DNA from: Schlesneria sp.
GTDB taxonomy: Bacteria > Planctomycetota > Planctomycetia > Planctomycetales > Planctomycetaceae
Direction of reading: 5' to 3'
Length of the DNA stretch: 35,401 bases
Assembly: GCA_043757695.1 (NCBI GenBank)
Contig: JAYVOX010000061.1
Span: 1-35,401 of the forward strand
Notes under the pieces: model-generated
Database searches by the model: none
What the model was told of the DNA's origin: nothing
The model's input: only the letters and a program-made list of their open reading frames with translations
Translations under genes and position numbers: made by a program
Part shown: piece by piece, positions 1-9,291 of the stretch
Position numbering within the stretch: the first letter of the stretch is position 1
Layout: every line of letters begins with the position of its first letter

Positions 1-1287
1 CGTCTCGATTCGATAGACGTGAGTTTCGGATCTCAGAATGAGCGATCGTCCCGCCACCGCAGGCGAAGCATTGAAGCCTGCGGCGAGCTTGTTCTCGGCG
101 ACGAGTTCAAACTGACGGCCCGCTTTGAAGACCGGGATCGCGCCCGTCTGCGAGAAGCAGTAGACCAACCCGTCCGCATACAGCGGCGAGGCCCAGTACT
201 TGTCGTCGAACCGCTTCGTCCAAATTTCTTCACCCGTCATCGCGTTGAGACACGAAGCGACGCCGCCGTCGTTCATCATGAACATCAGGTCGCCAACTAG
301 GAGTTGCGACGCTCGTTTGGGAACCGACTTGTTCGTCTTCCACGCGATGTTTTTGGTGATGTCTCCTTCGCCATCGGGACGCACTGCGACGAGCGGGTTC
401 GGGCCATCGGCCGAGTTAATGTAAAGCAGGCCGTTGCCAAACAGCGGTCGCCCCGCCGCGTTCATTCCGCCGTGACGCACCGTCCAGACAGGGGTTCCCG
501 ACTTGGGGTCATACGCGATCGTCGCGGCCGCGAACGGACTGATGAGCAACTCGCGTCCGCCGGTCTGAATGATCATCGGGGTCGAGTACGCCTTCTTGGC
601 GTCTCCATCTGTCGTCCCGAAGTCGATGTTGCGGTCCTGCTTCCAGACCGACTTGCCGGTCAGCTTGTCGAGTGCCGTGATGTACTGCTGGTCGTAGCCA
701 TCGAAGGTGAGATACAGCAGCCCGCCATGCACGACGGGCGACGAACCGGGACCGCGAAAATGATCGCACTCCAGATCGCGTCGCTCCCAGATTTTGTGCC
801 CCGTTTTGGTGTCGAGACACGCGGTGCCATACGCGCCGAAGTGAATGTAGGCTCGTCCCTCTTCGAGGAACGGCGTCGGTGAGCCATAGCTGTTGGTCGG
901 GTGCGTGAACTGCGGCGTGTCGAACTCAAACAGCTTCAAGTCATGCACGACCTGGCCCGTCTTGAGATCGAGGCAAACCGCCGACAGCGTGAGCGGAGCA
1001 TCGAGCTTGGGTTTGTCCTTCGTCGTGTTGTGAATTTCGGGAGCATTCGTCAGCCAGACTTGCTGGCCCCACACGACTGGTGATGACCACGCACGCCCCG
1101 CGACAGGCGTCTTCCAGACGATCTCAGGCGAGCCTTCACCGAACGTTATCGGTAATCCTTTCGCGACCGTCGTTCCATCGCCGCGCGGACCGCGAAATTG
1201 ATTCCAGTTCGACTCATCCGCCCCCACCGACAAGACGCTGCTCGCGGCACACACACCGACCACCAACACCGACGCCAGCCATCGCAT
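1..1287 (-). CDS. PQQ-like/BamB-type beta-propeller repeat protein, secreted (3' end just outside the window)
   Basis: Hand translation from ATG 1287: MRWLASVLVVGVCAASSVLSVGADESNWNQFRGPRGDG (signal peptide plus WxQFRGPxG motif), internal NSYGSPTP, and ...AVAGRSLILRSETHVYRIET at the window edge in the same frame. It is absent from the ORF track because no stop falls in the window. Confidence 0.85.
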   Translation of the reverse strand, partial: MRWLASVLVVGVCAASSVLSVGADESNWNQFRGPRGDGTTVAKGLPITFGEGSPEIVWKTPVAGRAWSSPVVWGQQVWLTNAPEIHNTTKDKPKLDAPLTLSAVCLDLKTGQVVHDLKLFEFDTPQFTHPTNSYGSPTPFLEEGRAYIHFGAYGTACLDTKTGHKIWERRDLECDHFRGPGSSPVVHGGLLYLTFDGYDQQYITALDKLTGKSVWKQDRNIDFGTTDGDAKKAYSTPMIIQTGGRELLISPFAAATIAYDPKSGTPVWTVRHGGMNAAGRPLFGNGLLYINSADGPNPLVAVRPDGEGDITKNIAWKTNKSVPKRASQLLVGDLMFMMNDGGVASCLNAMTGEEIWTKRFDDKYWASPLYADGLVYCFSQTGAIPVFKAGRQFELVAENKLAAGFNASPAVAGRSLILRSETHVYRIET

Positions 1288-1467
1288 GGGAGACCTCACT
1301 ATTTCGATCCAAGTGATATTCAAGCCATCGCGCCCACTTTAGTCAGACCGCATGGAGGAGGCCAAGCAACGGCGCGAGTTTCCGGACTCCAAACGGTGCG
1401 ATGTCGCCGGTGATTGATACACCTTAGGAACAGTCCGGTAATAGCATCCCGAGTCTGCGAGTCTTGT

Positions 1468-1571
1468 TCCCTCCCCTTGAGGGGGAGGGTTAGGGAGGGG
1501 TGCTGATTTCGGGAACAGCGCCGGATGGGCCCATCGCCCCCTCCCCGGCCCTCCCCACCGAGGGGAGGGAG
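1468..1571. repeat. REP-like inverted pair (CCCTCCCC..GGGGAGGG type)
   Basis: tccctccccttgagggggagggttagggagggg and its inverted partner cccctccccggccctccccaccgaggggaggga, intergenic. Confidence 0.75.
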
Positions 1572-1640
1572 GAAGACGCAAATCGGGAGGTTATTTCCAG
1601 ACTCTTCCTTAGGACGCGTTCAAAAACGAATCCCATGTTT

Positions 1641-1697
1641 GTCGGGCGGACAATCCTGTCCGTCGTCGCAAAAGACGGACAATCTTGTCCGTCCTAC
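1641..1697. repeat. GTAG-type REP inverted pair
   Basis: gtcgggcggacaatcctgtccgtc ... gacggacaatcttgtccgtcctac; same architecture as the copies at 4377 and 25709. Confidence 0.7.
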
Positions 1698-1767
1698 GGT
1701 AAATCCTCACCTGCAGCTCGCTTTGAAGCCGTTCCCCGCAGGATGGCTTCCGGTGCCGCTCACGGAT

Positions 1768-3123
1768 TCAGTCGTGATCGTGGCGATGGTCGTGATCATG
1801 TTCACAATCGTGATCATGGCTGTGATCATGATCGTGGTCATGACGGCAGTCGTGATCGTGTGAATGGTCGTGATCGTGTTCACAGTCATGATCATGATCA
1901 TGGTCATGATCGTGACCTTCGCCATCCTCATCGTCTTCGTCTTCGTGGTCTTCCATCAGGAACGCCAACTGAGCGGCGACGAAGACATCTCGCAGCGGTA
2001 GCTCGTGGGCCTTGGCGATCTCGACGCAGTCTTCGTATTCGGGGGTGAAGACAACCGGTTCATCGGCGCGCCACGCCAGCTTCCCTTTGATCGAGCCGAA
2101 GTCGGTTTCGACGGTGTAGGTTGTGCGCTGGCGGACGGAGCGTTCGATGATTTGGCGGCGGATGCCGAGCGTGTTGGTCTCATTGAAAATGATCGCCTCC
2201 ATTTTGGCGGCGTCTTCGTGCGAGCAGATGACGCTCAGAATCACTCCCGGCCGGTCCTTCTTCATTTGGATCGCGGTCGTGTAGACATCGAACGCTCCGG
2301 CGGTGAGCAGCAACCGCTTGGTGTAGCCGAGGACTTCGCCCGTCGAGGAATCGAGGTTCGTTTCGAGGAGCATCACGCGATCGTTGCCACCCGCCGTCTT
2401 GCGCGATTCGCCGATGAAGAGCCGCAAAATGTTCGCGCGGTCGTCGAACTCCATCGTCCCCGCGCCGTAGCCGATCGCTTCGACGGTCATCTCGGGGAGG
2501 CTGTCAGCGAACTCATCGACGACGATCTTGACGATGGCCGCTCCGGTGGGCGTGGTGAGTTCGGCCTCGACCGCCACATCGACGAGCGGCACACCTTTGA
2601 GGAGTTCGGCGGTGCCGGGCGTGGGGATCGAGCAGACGCCGTGGGCGATCTTGGTCCGTCCGTGCCCCGTTGGGATCGGGCTGCAAATGATTTCGTCCAC
2701 ACCGAGCAGCGTGAAGCCGATCGCGGCGGCCGTGATATCGACGATGGAGTCGATCGCGCCGACTTCGTGAAAGTGAACCTTCTCGGGAGTCGAGCCATGC
2801 ACGGTCGCTTCGGCTTCGGCCACGGCGGCGAAGATGCGAAGTGCGAGATCGCGTTGGTCATCGGTCAGCACTTCCGAGCGGTTGATGATCTTTTGGACAT
2901 CAGCCAAGTGGCGGTGAGCGTGCTGTTCCGGGTGTTCGACGCGGAGATGCTTCGCGCGGAAGCCGCCTCGCAAAACTTCTTCCACGTGGAGCGAGACACC
3001 GGGCAATTGGAGCGAGTCGATTCCCGCTTTGATCGCGGTGAGATCGACGCCCGCATCGATGAGTGCCGCCACGGTCATGTCGCCGCTGATTCCCGAAGCA
3101 CAGTCCAAATACGCAATTCTCAC
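1768..3123 (-). CDS. larC: Nickel pincer cofactor biosynthesis protein LarC (DUF111) with C-terminal His/Asp/Cys-rich tail
   Basis: Motifs YLDCASGISGDM, VHFHEVGAIDSIVD, ELTTPTGAAI, GYGAG, ETNLD, MKKDRPG, PEYED. Start moved to GTG 3123, which follows an AGGA RBS. Confidence 0.93.
   Translation of the reverse strand: MRIAYLDCASGISGDMTVAALIDAGVDLTAIKAGIDSLQLPGVSLHVEEVLRGGFRAKHLRVEHPEQHAHRHLADVQKIINRSEVLTDDQRDLALRIFAAVAEAEATVHGSTPEKVHFHEVGAIDSIVDITAAAIGFTLLGVDEIICSPIPTGHGRTKIAHGVCSIPTPGTAELLKGVPLVDVAVEAELTTPTGAAIVKIVVDEFADSLPEMTVEAIGYGAGTMEFDDRANILRLFIGESRKTAGGNDRVMLLETNLDSSTGEVLGYTKRLLLTAGAFDVYTTAIQMKKDRPGVILSVICSHEDAAKMEAIIFNETNTLGIRRQIIERSVRQRTTYTVETDFGSIKGKLAWRADEPVVFTPEYEDCVEIAKAHELPLRDVFVAAQLAFLMEDHEDEDDEDGEGHDHDHDHDHDCEHDHDHSHDHDCRHDHDHDHSHDHDCEHDHDHRHDHD
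1771..1915 (-). repeat. Low-complexity coding repeat (HD)n with periodic Cys
   Basis: Imperfect tandem gtgatc/atgatc hexamers encoding HDHDHDHDHDCEHDHDHSHDHDCRHDHD... Confidence 0.9.
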
Positions 3124-3396
3124 GAGGTCATCCTTTGGTCGAAGTCTGTCGGCGGAGGGCTGGTTTGGTGATGCGCGTTCTCTTTTCGCCTCATCGGGTG
3201 CGGGAACATAGCCGTGGGGCGAGAGACACACAATCGTCACAACGAGAGCAGGAGTTCGTCGTCAGGGACGTGGGCGGCGAATTCCAGATTCGTGGAAAAC
3301 CTCAATTTTGGCCGGTCGAAAATGCGGACCTAGCGTTAAGCGTTCGAGTCTGTCCATTGGCAAGCTGAGTTCGTTCCAAATGAGGAGGGAAGTCTC

Positions 3397-3850
3397 ATGG
3401 TCAGGCAAAAACGGTCGGGCAAATCCGATCCTTCGCGACGCGGTGCCATCTTGGTGTGGTCGGCCGTCATCATGACGTTCATGCTGGCGATGACGGCGTT
3501 TGCCATGGATATCAGCTACATGACAGTCGTGGCGACGCAGCTTCAGAATGCGGCCGATGCGGCGGCGCTCAGTGGCGTGGTCGAGTTGCCGAAGGGGAAC
3601 GCGGTCGTGATTGCCACCGCCCAAGAAGTGGCATCCAAGAACAACGCCACCACCGAGATCGTCACGATCAATGCGGCCGATGTGGAGTTCGGTTGGTACG
3701 ACACTTCGGCTCGCAAGTTCACGATGAAGCGGTCGGCCACCGCGATCCTCAATCCGCGCGACATTGCCTTCGCCGTCGATCTGTCGGGTTCCATGAACGA
3801 CGACGCGGAACCATGCTGGGCGACGAACCAGATCGCCCCTAAGACACTTC
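3397..3850 (+). pseudogene. TadG-like Flp pilus assembly protein, internally deleted and truncated
   Basis: RRGAILVWSAV...AFAMDISY...QLQNAADAAALSG Tad N-terminus, then an abrupt jump to the vWA start PRDIAFAVDLSGSM. Similarity stops shortly afterwards and the ORF runs into unrelated sequence (stop at 4011). Confidence 0.75.
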
Positions 3851-3894
3851 ACGCCCAAGAAAAGCCGGGTGGGCCTCGTCCTGCGCGGCCACTT

Positions 3895-4138
3895 CCTGAC
3901 CGAGGAGCTGAGTGGCCGGTTCAGATTCGAGGAACGGCCGCACCACTGGCCCGGTGGAATCCGAAACCCCACCCAAGCCACCGCAATTCAGGCGGTGGTC
4001 AACGGGTTTGAGGACTAAGACCGTGGCCGACTCATCATGGCCTGTGGCACCGGCAAGACGCTCACGGCGTTGTGGATTGCCGAGCAGTTACAGAGTTCTC
4101 TCACACTGGTACTGGTCCCGTCTGTCTCGCTGGTGTAG
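3895..4138 (+). pseudogene. Remnant of an SF2 (ResIII / type ISP-like) helicase
   Basis: Hand translation: PKPH[frameshift]QATAIQAVVNGFED*DRGRLIMACGTGKTLTALWIAEQLQSSLTLVLVPSVSLV*. This gives a Q-motif, Walker A (ACGTGKT) and motif Ia, with a TAA at 4016-4018. Confidence 0.8.
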
Positions 4139-4199
4139 CCACCTTCGCCAGAACGTGGGTTTCCCTGCGATTCACCCACGCTCTGGCGAGCGTGGCTAC
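4135..4199. repeat. GTAG-type REP inverted pair
   Basis: gtagccaccttcgccagaacgtggg ... cccacgctctggcgagcgtggctac. Confidence 0.8.
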
Positions 4200-4376
4200 C
4201 TAAAGATCAATGCGGGTCCATGTAGTCCCGTCGCTCTCACTGGTGGCCCAGAACTTGGCCGAATGGGGCCGCCATGCAGCGCAGGACTTCGACACGCTCG
4301 TCGTCTGTTCCGACGAGTCGTTTTTTCAGAGCAAGGCAGACCAGGCTGGGTGGCACGGCGGTCCTCGCGGCCACTC

Positions 4377-4401
4377 GTAGGATGGGCACTCTTGCCCGTC
4401 C
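4377..4401. repeat. GTAG-type REP, single copy
   Basis: gtaggatgggcactcttgcccgtcc, nearly identical to 25709-25733. Confidence 0.8.
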
Positions 4402-4486
4402 GCACTTCTTCAAGAGGTCGAGTGCCAAGCCACGAAAGTCCTCTTTCTCGGAGACAGGGGCGAGGGGACAAGCGATCCCTCCCCCG

Positions 4487-5590
4487 ATGGACGACAGCCG
4501 CCGGCACCGGAGCCTGCCCGTGCTGGGGGTGCGAATTCCGGACGGAACGAATAAACCCGCTCAAAAAACTAAAGAAATAATCGCGTTCACCATCGCGATG
4601 AGGAGCCGATTGCTGAGCTTTTATGGCGTCGATCTCCGCGAACCATCCGACCAGCAATGGACGGTGGATCGGATGGTCGAAGCGATCCTCGGCGTTGAGT
4701 CGCTCTACTTTAGGAGCACGCGAGTGAGCGATGTCGGGTTGCTGGCGCTGACAAAACAGTTGCAGCATCTCCCTGCGTTACAGTCGCTGTACTTTTCGGG
4801 CACGCGGGTGAGCGATGTCGGGCTGCGTGCACTAGCCGAACAGGTGCGGCATCTCCCGGCCTTGAAGTTGCTCGACTTATTGCGCACGCGGGTGAGCGTT
4901 CCGTGGGAGATTCTTGCCACAAAAGACGCAAGGCGAATCTTCGAGCACGTCCTCGGTCGTGAACGATTGTTGCCTGAAGTGAAGTTGTTGGTGGTGGGGC
5001 AGGGGGAGGCGGGGAAGACTCATCTGCGGAAGCGGCTGTTTGTCGAACCTTCTGATCTGACGCACCACGATGACGCCGAAGTTCGGACGCACGACATCGA
5101 GATGACGGTTTGGTCGATCAAGGTGGAATTGAAGAAGGAGTCAGGGGACGAGAATCAGGAGTCAGTAGAGACCGACATCCGCTGCCACGTGTGGGACTTT
5201 GGGGGCCAGAATCATCTCCACGGTTCGCACCGCTTCTTTCTCGGGGCCGAGTGGTGTTTGTATCTGCTCGTGCTGAACGCGACTCAGAATGCCGAACAGA
5301 ACCGGCTCGATTACTGGTTGCGGTTGCTCGCCCATCACGGCCGCAAGAAGATTGGATCGGGGGAGTCGCTCACCATCGAACGCGCGCCGGTGCTGATCGT
5401 CATCACCCAATGCGACCGGTGGGAGTTGGAAGGAACAACCAACAACGGCTTCGTCGATTTGGTCAACGCCTTGTCCGTCGCTCAACAGTTCGCCCGAGGT
5501 CCGAGACCGCATCGCCGACAAAGTCCTCGAAGAGTTCGACGTGATCTTCCAACAAGAAGACCTGACACGCGGCCACGACGAACGGGATGA
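4487..5590 (+). pseudogene. LRR-Roc (Roco family) GTPase lacking a COR domain, probably disrupted
   Basis: 28-aa LRRs (LQSLYFSGTRVSDVGLRAL), P-loop KLLVVGQGEAGKT, switch I THDIE, G3 VWDFGGQ...HRFFL, G4-like VITQCD. The protein becomes junk-like after about 5495. The start codon is uncertain. Confidence 0.75.
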
Positions 5591-6056
5591 GCCTCGCCCA
5601 AGGGTATTGCCGCCAAGCGAACCAAGCGCAACCGCAGTGCGAATGAGCGAACCCGATCCACGTCGCTCGCGTCCGTCGCGCGTGGAGCAGTGGAAGGGAA
5701 TCAAAACCGAAGACGAACTGCGAGAGCCGGTAGGTGTCATCGACGTCCCTTGCCAACCAAACGCGACGAAATCACCTTCGTCAAAGCGGTCGATGCAGAA
5801 GCAGGAAGAAACTACTCGTCCCGTATTCCAACTGCTGTGGCTCCTCTTTGAGGAGTGGAAGCTCGCCCCGAAGACTTCGGTGGACGTATCGATCCTCAGG
5901 CAAAAGTTTAAATTGAATAAGACGCAGCAGGCGAGACTGACCAAGTGGAAGAATCAGCTCAACGCAGCCCTTCTACCTCGGTTTAAGAGCAAGGTTCGCA
6001 TCGAGGATCGCTCGAAGGGTCGGGTTGGCTATTGGTTGGTTGTCGAAGACGACTGA
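5496..6056 (+). CDS. Hypothetical protein or detached C-terminus of the Roco gene, possible winged-HTH domain
   Basis: Open frame EVRDRIADKVLEEFDVIFQ...; the ending FQLLWLL...RLTKWKNQLN...KGRVGYWL resembles OmpR/PhoB-like wHTH ends (judged by eye). Confidence 0.45.
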   Translation, partial: EVRDRIADKVLEEFDVIFQQEDLTRGHDERDEPRPRVLPPSEPSATAVRMSEPDPRRSRPSRVEQWKGIKTEDELREPVGVIDVPCQPNATKSPSSKRSMQKQEETTRPVFQLLWLLFEEWKLAPKTSVDVSILRQKFKLNKTQQARLTKWKNQLNAALLPRFKSKVRIEDRSKGRVGYWLVVEDD

Positions 6057-6140
6057 CACTGCCGCCGTAGACAAGGCCGATCGATCCCGAACCGTCAGAC
6101 ACCCGTCCGCCAACGGCTTCGCGTGTGACCCTGTTTCGAG

Positions 6141-6189
6141 CGGCAATGATTGATTCAATGATTGCCGCTTGCAGGGGCAATCATTGCCG
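6141..6189. promoter_or_regulatory. Operator-like array of three CAAT(G/C)ATTG near-palindromes
   Basis: CGGCAATGATTG (6141-6152), CAATGATTGCCG (6156-6167), GGCAATCATTGCCG (6176-6189). The function is inferred. Confidence 0.35.
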
Positions 6190-6280
6190 ATGAACTGGTC
6201 GATGCGGCGAGAAACGCACTTTCGTGTTTCTGCCAAGTCCCAGAAAGGCAGGCATAATCAGGTCGAAGTTTTTGCAGTCG

Positions 6281-6583
6281 ATGCGATGGCGTTTGATGGC
6301 AGCGGGGGTGGGTGTGGCACTCGTGGCGGGTGGCGACGGTTCGCCGTCGAACCCGCTCGCGGTGCGGGTGGCTCGCGCCACCGTGTTGCCTTCCGGCGGC
6401 ACCAATGACCCCGTGCGTGACCTGCCGGGGATGGCGACCGCGAGGGTGAAGGCGGCTTGGCCGGGATGGACGCAGAAGGGCTACTCGCTCGCCACACCCG
6501 GCGTGGTCGTTATCACCGCGACCAATGCCAGGGGCACGGTCGGGCGGTTTGACATCCCGATTATCCACCGGACGGAGAATTAG
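6281..6583 (+). CDS. Hypothetical small protein with hydrophobic N-terminus
   Basis: MRWRLMAAGVGVALVAGG...; GC3-rich codons; no family recognised. Confidence 0.35.
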   Translation: MRWRLMAAGVGVALVAGGDGSPSNPLAVRVARATVLPSGGTNDPVRDLPGMATARVKAAWPGWTQKGYSLATPGVVVITATNARGTVGRFDIPIIHRTEN

Positions 6584-6783
6584 CGAACGGTCTGGTACGT
6601 CGGCAGCATCTCCCGGGGGCCGCACTGAAGGCCAAATGTTCGAAGGCCGCACCATGCGAGCGCATGGTGCGGCCTTCGAACGTCGCATCCGATTTCACAA
6701 ATCAGTTCTCGGCATTGCCGAGAACTCGCTCGGAACTGTTCCAGCGAGTCAGCCAATGAATCTTATTGTCAGGAGAACCAATC

Positions 6784-7152
6784 ATGCCTATTTCACGACG
6801 ACGATGGCTGCAAGCAACAGCAGCGATGGTACTGGGTGGTACGCAGGGAACGACGGCTCAGGCTGGCCTCATGGATTACTGGTAAGCCTTCCTCAACTGG
6901 ACGAAGTTCAGCTCATGGGGGCCTGACTGAGTGTCAATTGCCCGAACGAGGATTCTCGCCCTGAAAACGAATTGGAAGCGTACCGTGCTGCTCACGGCGA
7001 TCAACAAGGCGATCGGTGGCGCAGCCGCTGACGTGGTTCGGACATACCTTGAGAAGCAAGGAATGTACTGCCCCGCCAAGCCATGGTGGCTGTGGCTCGG
7101 ACCTTACGAAGTTGCCTGGGTTGTCATCACCTGCACTCACCACGCGGAATAG
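6784..7152 (+). pseudogene. Small Tat-signal protein interrupted by two in-frame stops
   Basis: AGGAG RBS at 6771, then MPISRRRWLQATAAMVLGGTQGTTAQA-GLMDYW*AFLNWTKFSSWGPD*VSIART... (TAA 6883, TGA 6928), in frame with ORF 6931-7152. Confidence 0.65.
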
Positions 7153-7197
7153 ACGGTCAGAACTATGATCCCGTTGTGACCGATTTTATGTCCAACC

Positions 7198-7239
7198 GAA
7201 GCCCGGCATCCCTTGGGATGCCGGGCTTCTCTGTTTCTT
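7198..7239 (+). terminator. Intrinsic terminator-like hairpin
   Basis: Perfect inverted arms gaagcccggcatccc / gggatgccgggcttc followed by tctgtttctt, 45 bp after the stop at 7152. Confidence 0.7.
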
Positions 7240-7477
7240 GGTCATCAACTTATCAACGCCCGACCCCAGAGCCAGTCACATTCCACCGACTTTTTTGACG
7301 CACTCACATCCGGTTCTTCCTGCGGTGGACTTTGGTCCGCGTGCCGCGTTTCTCCAATCGCTTCACGCCCTTCAAAGCCCCAGGGCGTGCCACTCGACGC
7401 TGGAGCTCATCGAAACCTTTGTCGTGGAAACTGGCTGTTGTTGAGTCCCGCTTTGGCTGGCTGCGGTGCCGCCCACT

Positions 7478-7509
7478 TTGGGAGTGCTGTGGCTCGACAC
7501 AGCTTTGGA
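7478..7509. repeat. REP-like hairpin (TGGGAGTGC...GCTTTGG type)
   Basis: ttgggagtgctgtggctcgacacagctttgga with stem gctgtg/cacagc; only one copy in the window. Confidence 0.4.
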
Positions 7510-7667
7510 ATTTTGGGCGCAGCCCTTTCGTCCGTGCTTCGCCGCGAGGAAAAGAAAGTCGCTTCGAGTTTGTGATTTTATTGACGTTCGATGCGGCAAG
7601 GTCGAATTTGGAAAAAACGATTTCGTAGAATCGCGCAGGATCAACGATTGGCAGTCGGTCTGACCAA

Positions 7668-8622
7668 AACATCGTCTCAAAAAATGGTCAATTTGAAAAA
7701 ATCACTACCTATCCGAGTCTGTGAGCGCGCCGATACCGCAGTTGGGCACAGGCGAGTTGAATGAGTCCGCGACGATTGAACCAGTTCTTTTCGTAGCGGA
7801 CTAGCAGGGCGAGGCAGTTCGACAGCCGAGCGTGCGTTCCACCACCCAGCGGTGCGGTTTGCTTTTCTTGTGTTTTCGAGCGGTGGCGTCTTTGCCGATA
7901 CAACGAATGTGAGAAACGTAGTCTTTTTTTGCGACTGCCGCGTGGCCCGTCAAGTTGTCGTGGCCCTTGTCCAAGCAGTGTTGTTGTTCTTGATCCGTAG
8001 CAGCCGATCGGTCGATGACAACCGCAGCCAAAGTCGCGTCCAAAAGTTTCGTGTCATCCACTTTGGCTCCGGCAATCACGGCGGCGAGCGGTCCACCTTG
8101 CTCGTCCGCCAACACGATCCGTTTCGTCCCCGGCTTGCCGCGATCTGTCGGGTTCGGCCCCACATCCCCCCGATGCGCGCTTTGCCATGCGCACCATCCG
8201 CAGCCTGCAACTTTCAAAATACGGCTCTCATGTCCTCGCACCGTGGGGTCATCACCCCCTGCAGATGTTCAATCGCGCCTTGCTTTATCCAACGTTGAAA
8301 CCGGCGATGCACCGTGCTGTCATCACCGAATCCCGACGGCAGTCTGTTCCACTGACACCCCGACCGCAGCCGAAATTTCGATTCCGTCCAAATCGTTCGC
8401 CAGTCACCGCGCGGTCGCCCCGTCGCACGCAGCGGAGCGACATCCAACAACACCGGCTCGATGATCTGCCACACCTCGTCCGTGATCGCGCAAATCACGG
8501 GCAAGACACCCGACTTCTACTTCCTCAATGTCTTCGTCATCCGTGCTCTCCTCGGCCATCGTGGCTCAAGAGACTCCTAACGCGGCGTCGATTTTCGGCC
8601 AAAATCATTTTGAGATCATTCT
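7668..8622 (-). mobile_element. Degenerate IS5-family insertion sequence
   Basis: Transposase pieces ITDEVWQIIEPVL..GRPR..LRSGCQWNRLP..FGDDSTVHRRFQRW, GPNPTDRGKPGTKR, LDKGHD, RWVVERT and LLVRYEK. Premature stops near 8518 and at 8214, and a frameshift near 7825. Imperfect inverted ends share TCTCAAAA (about 7675 and 8610). Confidence 0.85.
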
Positions 8623-8848
8623 TAAATCGCACAGTACGGCTCGCACTTGCCTGTCCTCCCGACCTTGACCCTCTGCACCAACAACGCTCCAGATAAGATG
8701 GACAGCAATAACTCTCCCAATGGATTCCCGTAAAGCCAATGAAACTCCTAAGTGTTATTATTGAAGAGAGATGCGCCACCTGCCTTCCGGAGTATCCATC
8801 GCTTCAAAGCTCCGATTGGCGCGGTTGAGAGAATCTGACTCCGTTACG

Positions 8849-8877
8849 TTGACAATGCAATGTGCCAACAATACCAT
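8849..8877 (+). promoter_or_regulatory. Sigma70-type promoter of the S10 operon
   Basis: TTGACA (8849-8854), 17-bp spacer, TACCAT (8872-8877), 57 bp upstream of rpsJ. Confidence 0.8.
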
Positions 8878-8933
8878 GCCGATCCGGACGGAGTTTGGTA
8901 GGCAACGGGCAGATTTCGTGACAGAGGTGAATC

Positions 8934-9260
8934 GTGTCAGGACAGCGAAAAGATCGAATCAGAATTCGGATGGAATCGTATGACCATGCGGTCCTCGATC
9001 AGTCTGCTGCTGAAATTGTTGATACTGCCAAGAAAACGGGCGTTGAGGTTCACGGGCCGATTCCGCTTCCGACTCGGATTGAGCGTTATACGGTGCTGAG
9101 GAGTCCGCATATTGATAAGAAGTCGCGAGAGCAGTTCGAGATTCGGACTCACAAGCGGCTAGTTGATATTTTGCAGCCCAATGGAAAGACCATTGATGCT
9201 CTTAACAAGTTGTCGTTGCCTGCTGGTGTTGATGTGAAGATTCGTGCTTCGGCTGGTTGA
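8934..9260 (+). CDS. rpsJ: 30S ribosomal protein S10 (uS10)
   Basis: [38 protein letters not shown]; GAGGTG RBS. Confidence 0.98.
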   Translation: MSGQRKDRIRIRMESYDHAVLDQSAAEIVDTAKKTGVEVHGPIPLPTRIERYTVLRSPHIDKKSREQFEIRTHKRLVDILQPNGKTIDALNKLSLPAGVDVKIRASAG

Positions 9261-9291
9261 TTTTTTGGCGGGCTGGTTGGGAGGGTGTTTC

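Noticed and set aside
1771-1915. Periodic DNA resembling a repeat array or CRISPR
   Set aside because: It is a hexamer-based coding repeat of LarC with no repeat-spacer structure and no cas genes.
2005-3171. 388-aa plus-strand ORF and similar long shadow ORFs (24735-25619, 29505-30617, 33425-34105, 304-882)
   Set aside because: These are antisense shadows of well-supported genes in high-GC DNA, with no motifs.
4690-4900. 84-bp-period direct repeats as a DGR template/variable pair
   Set aside because: They are the LRR units of the Roc gene, differences are not adenine-specific, and there is no reverse transcriptase in the window.
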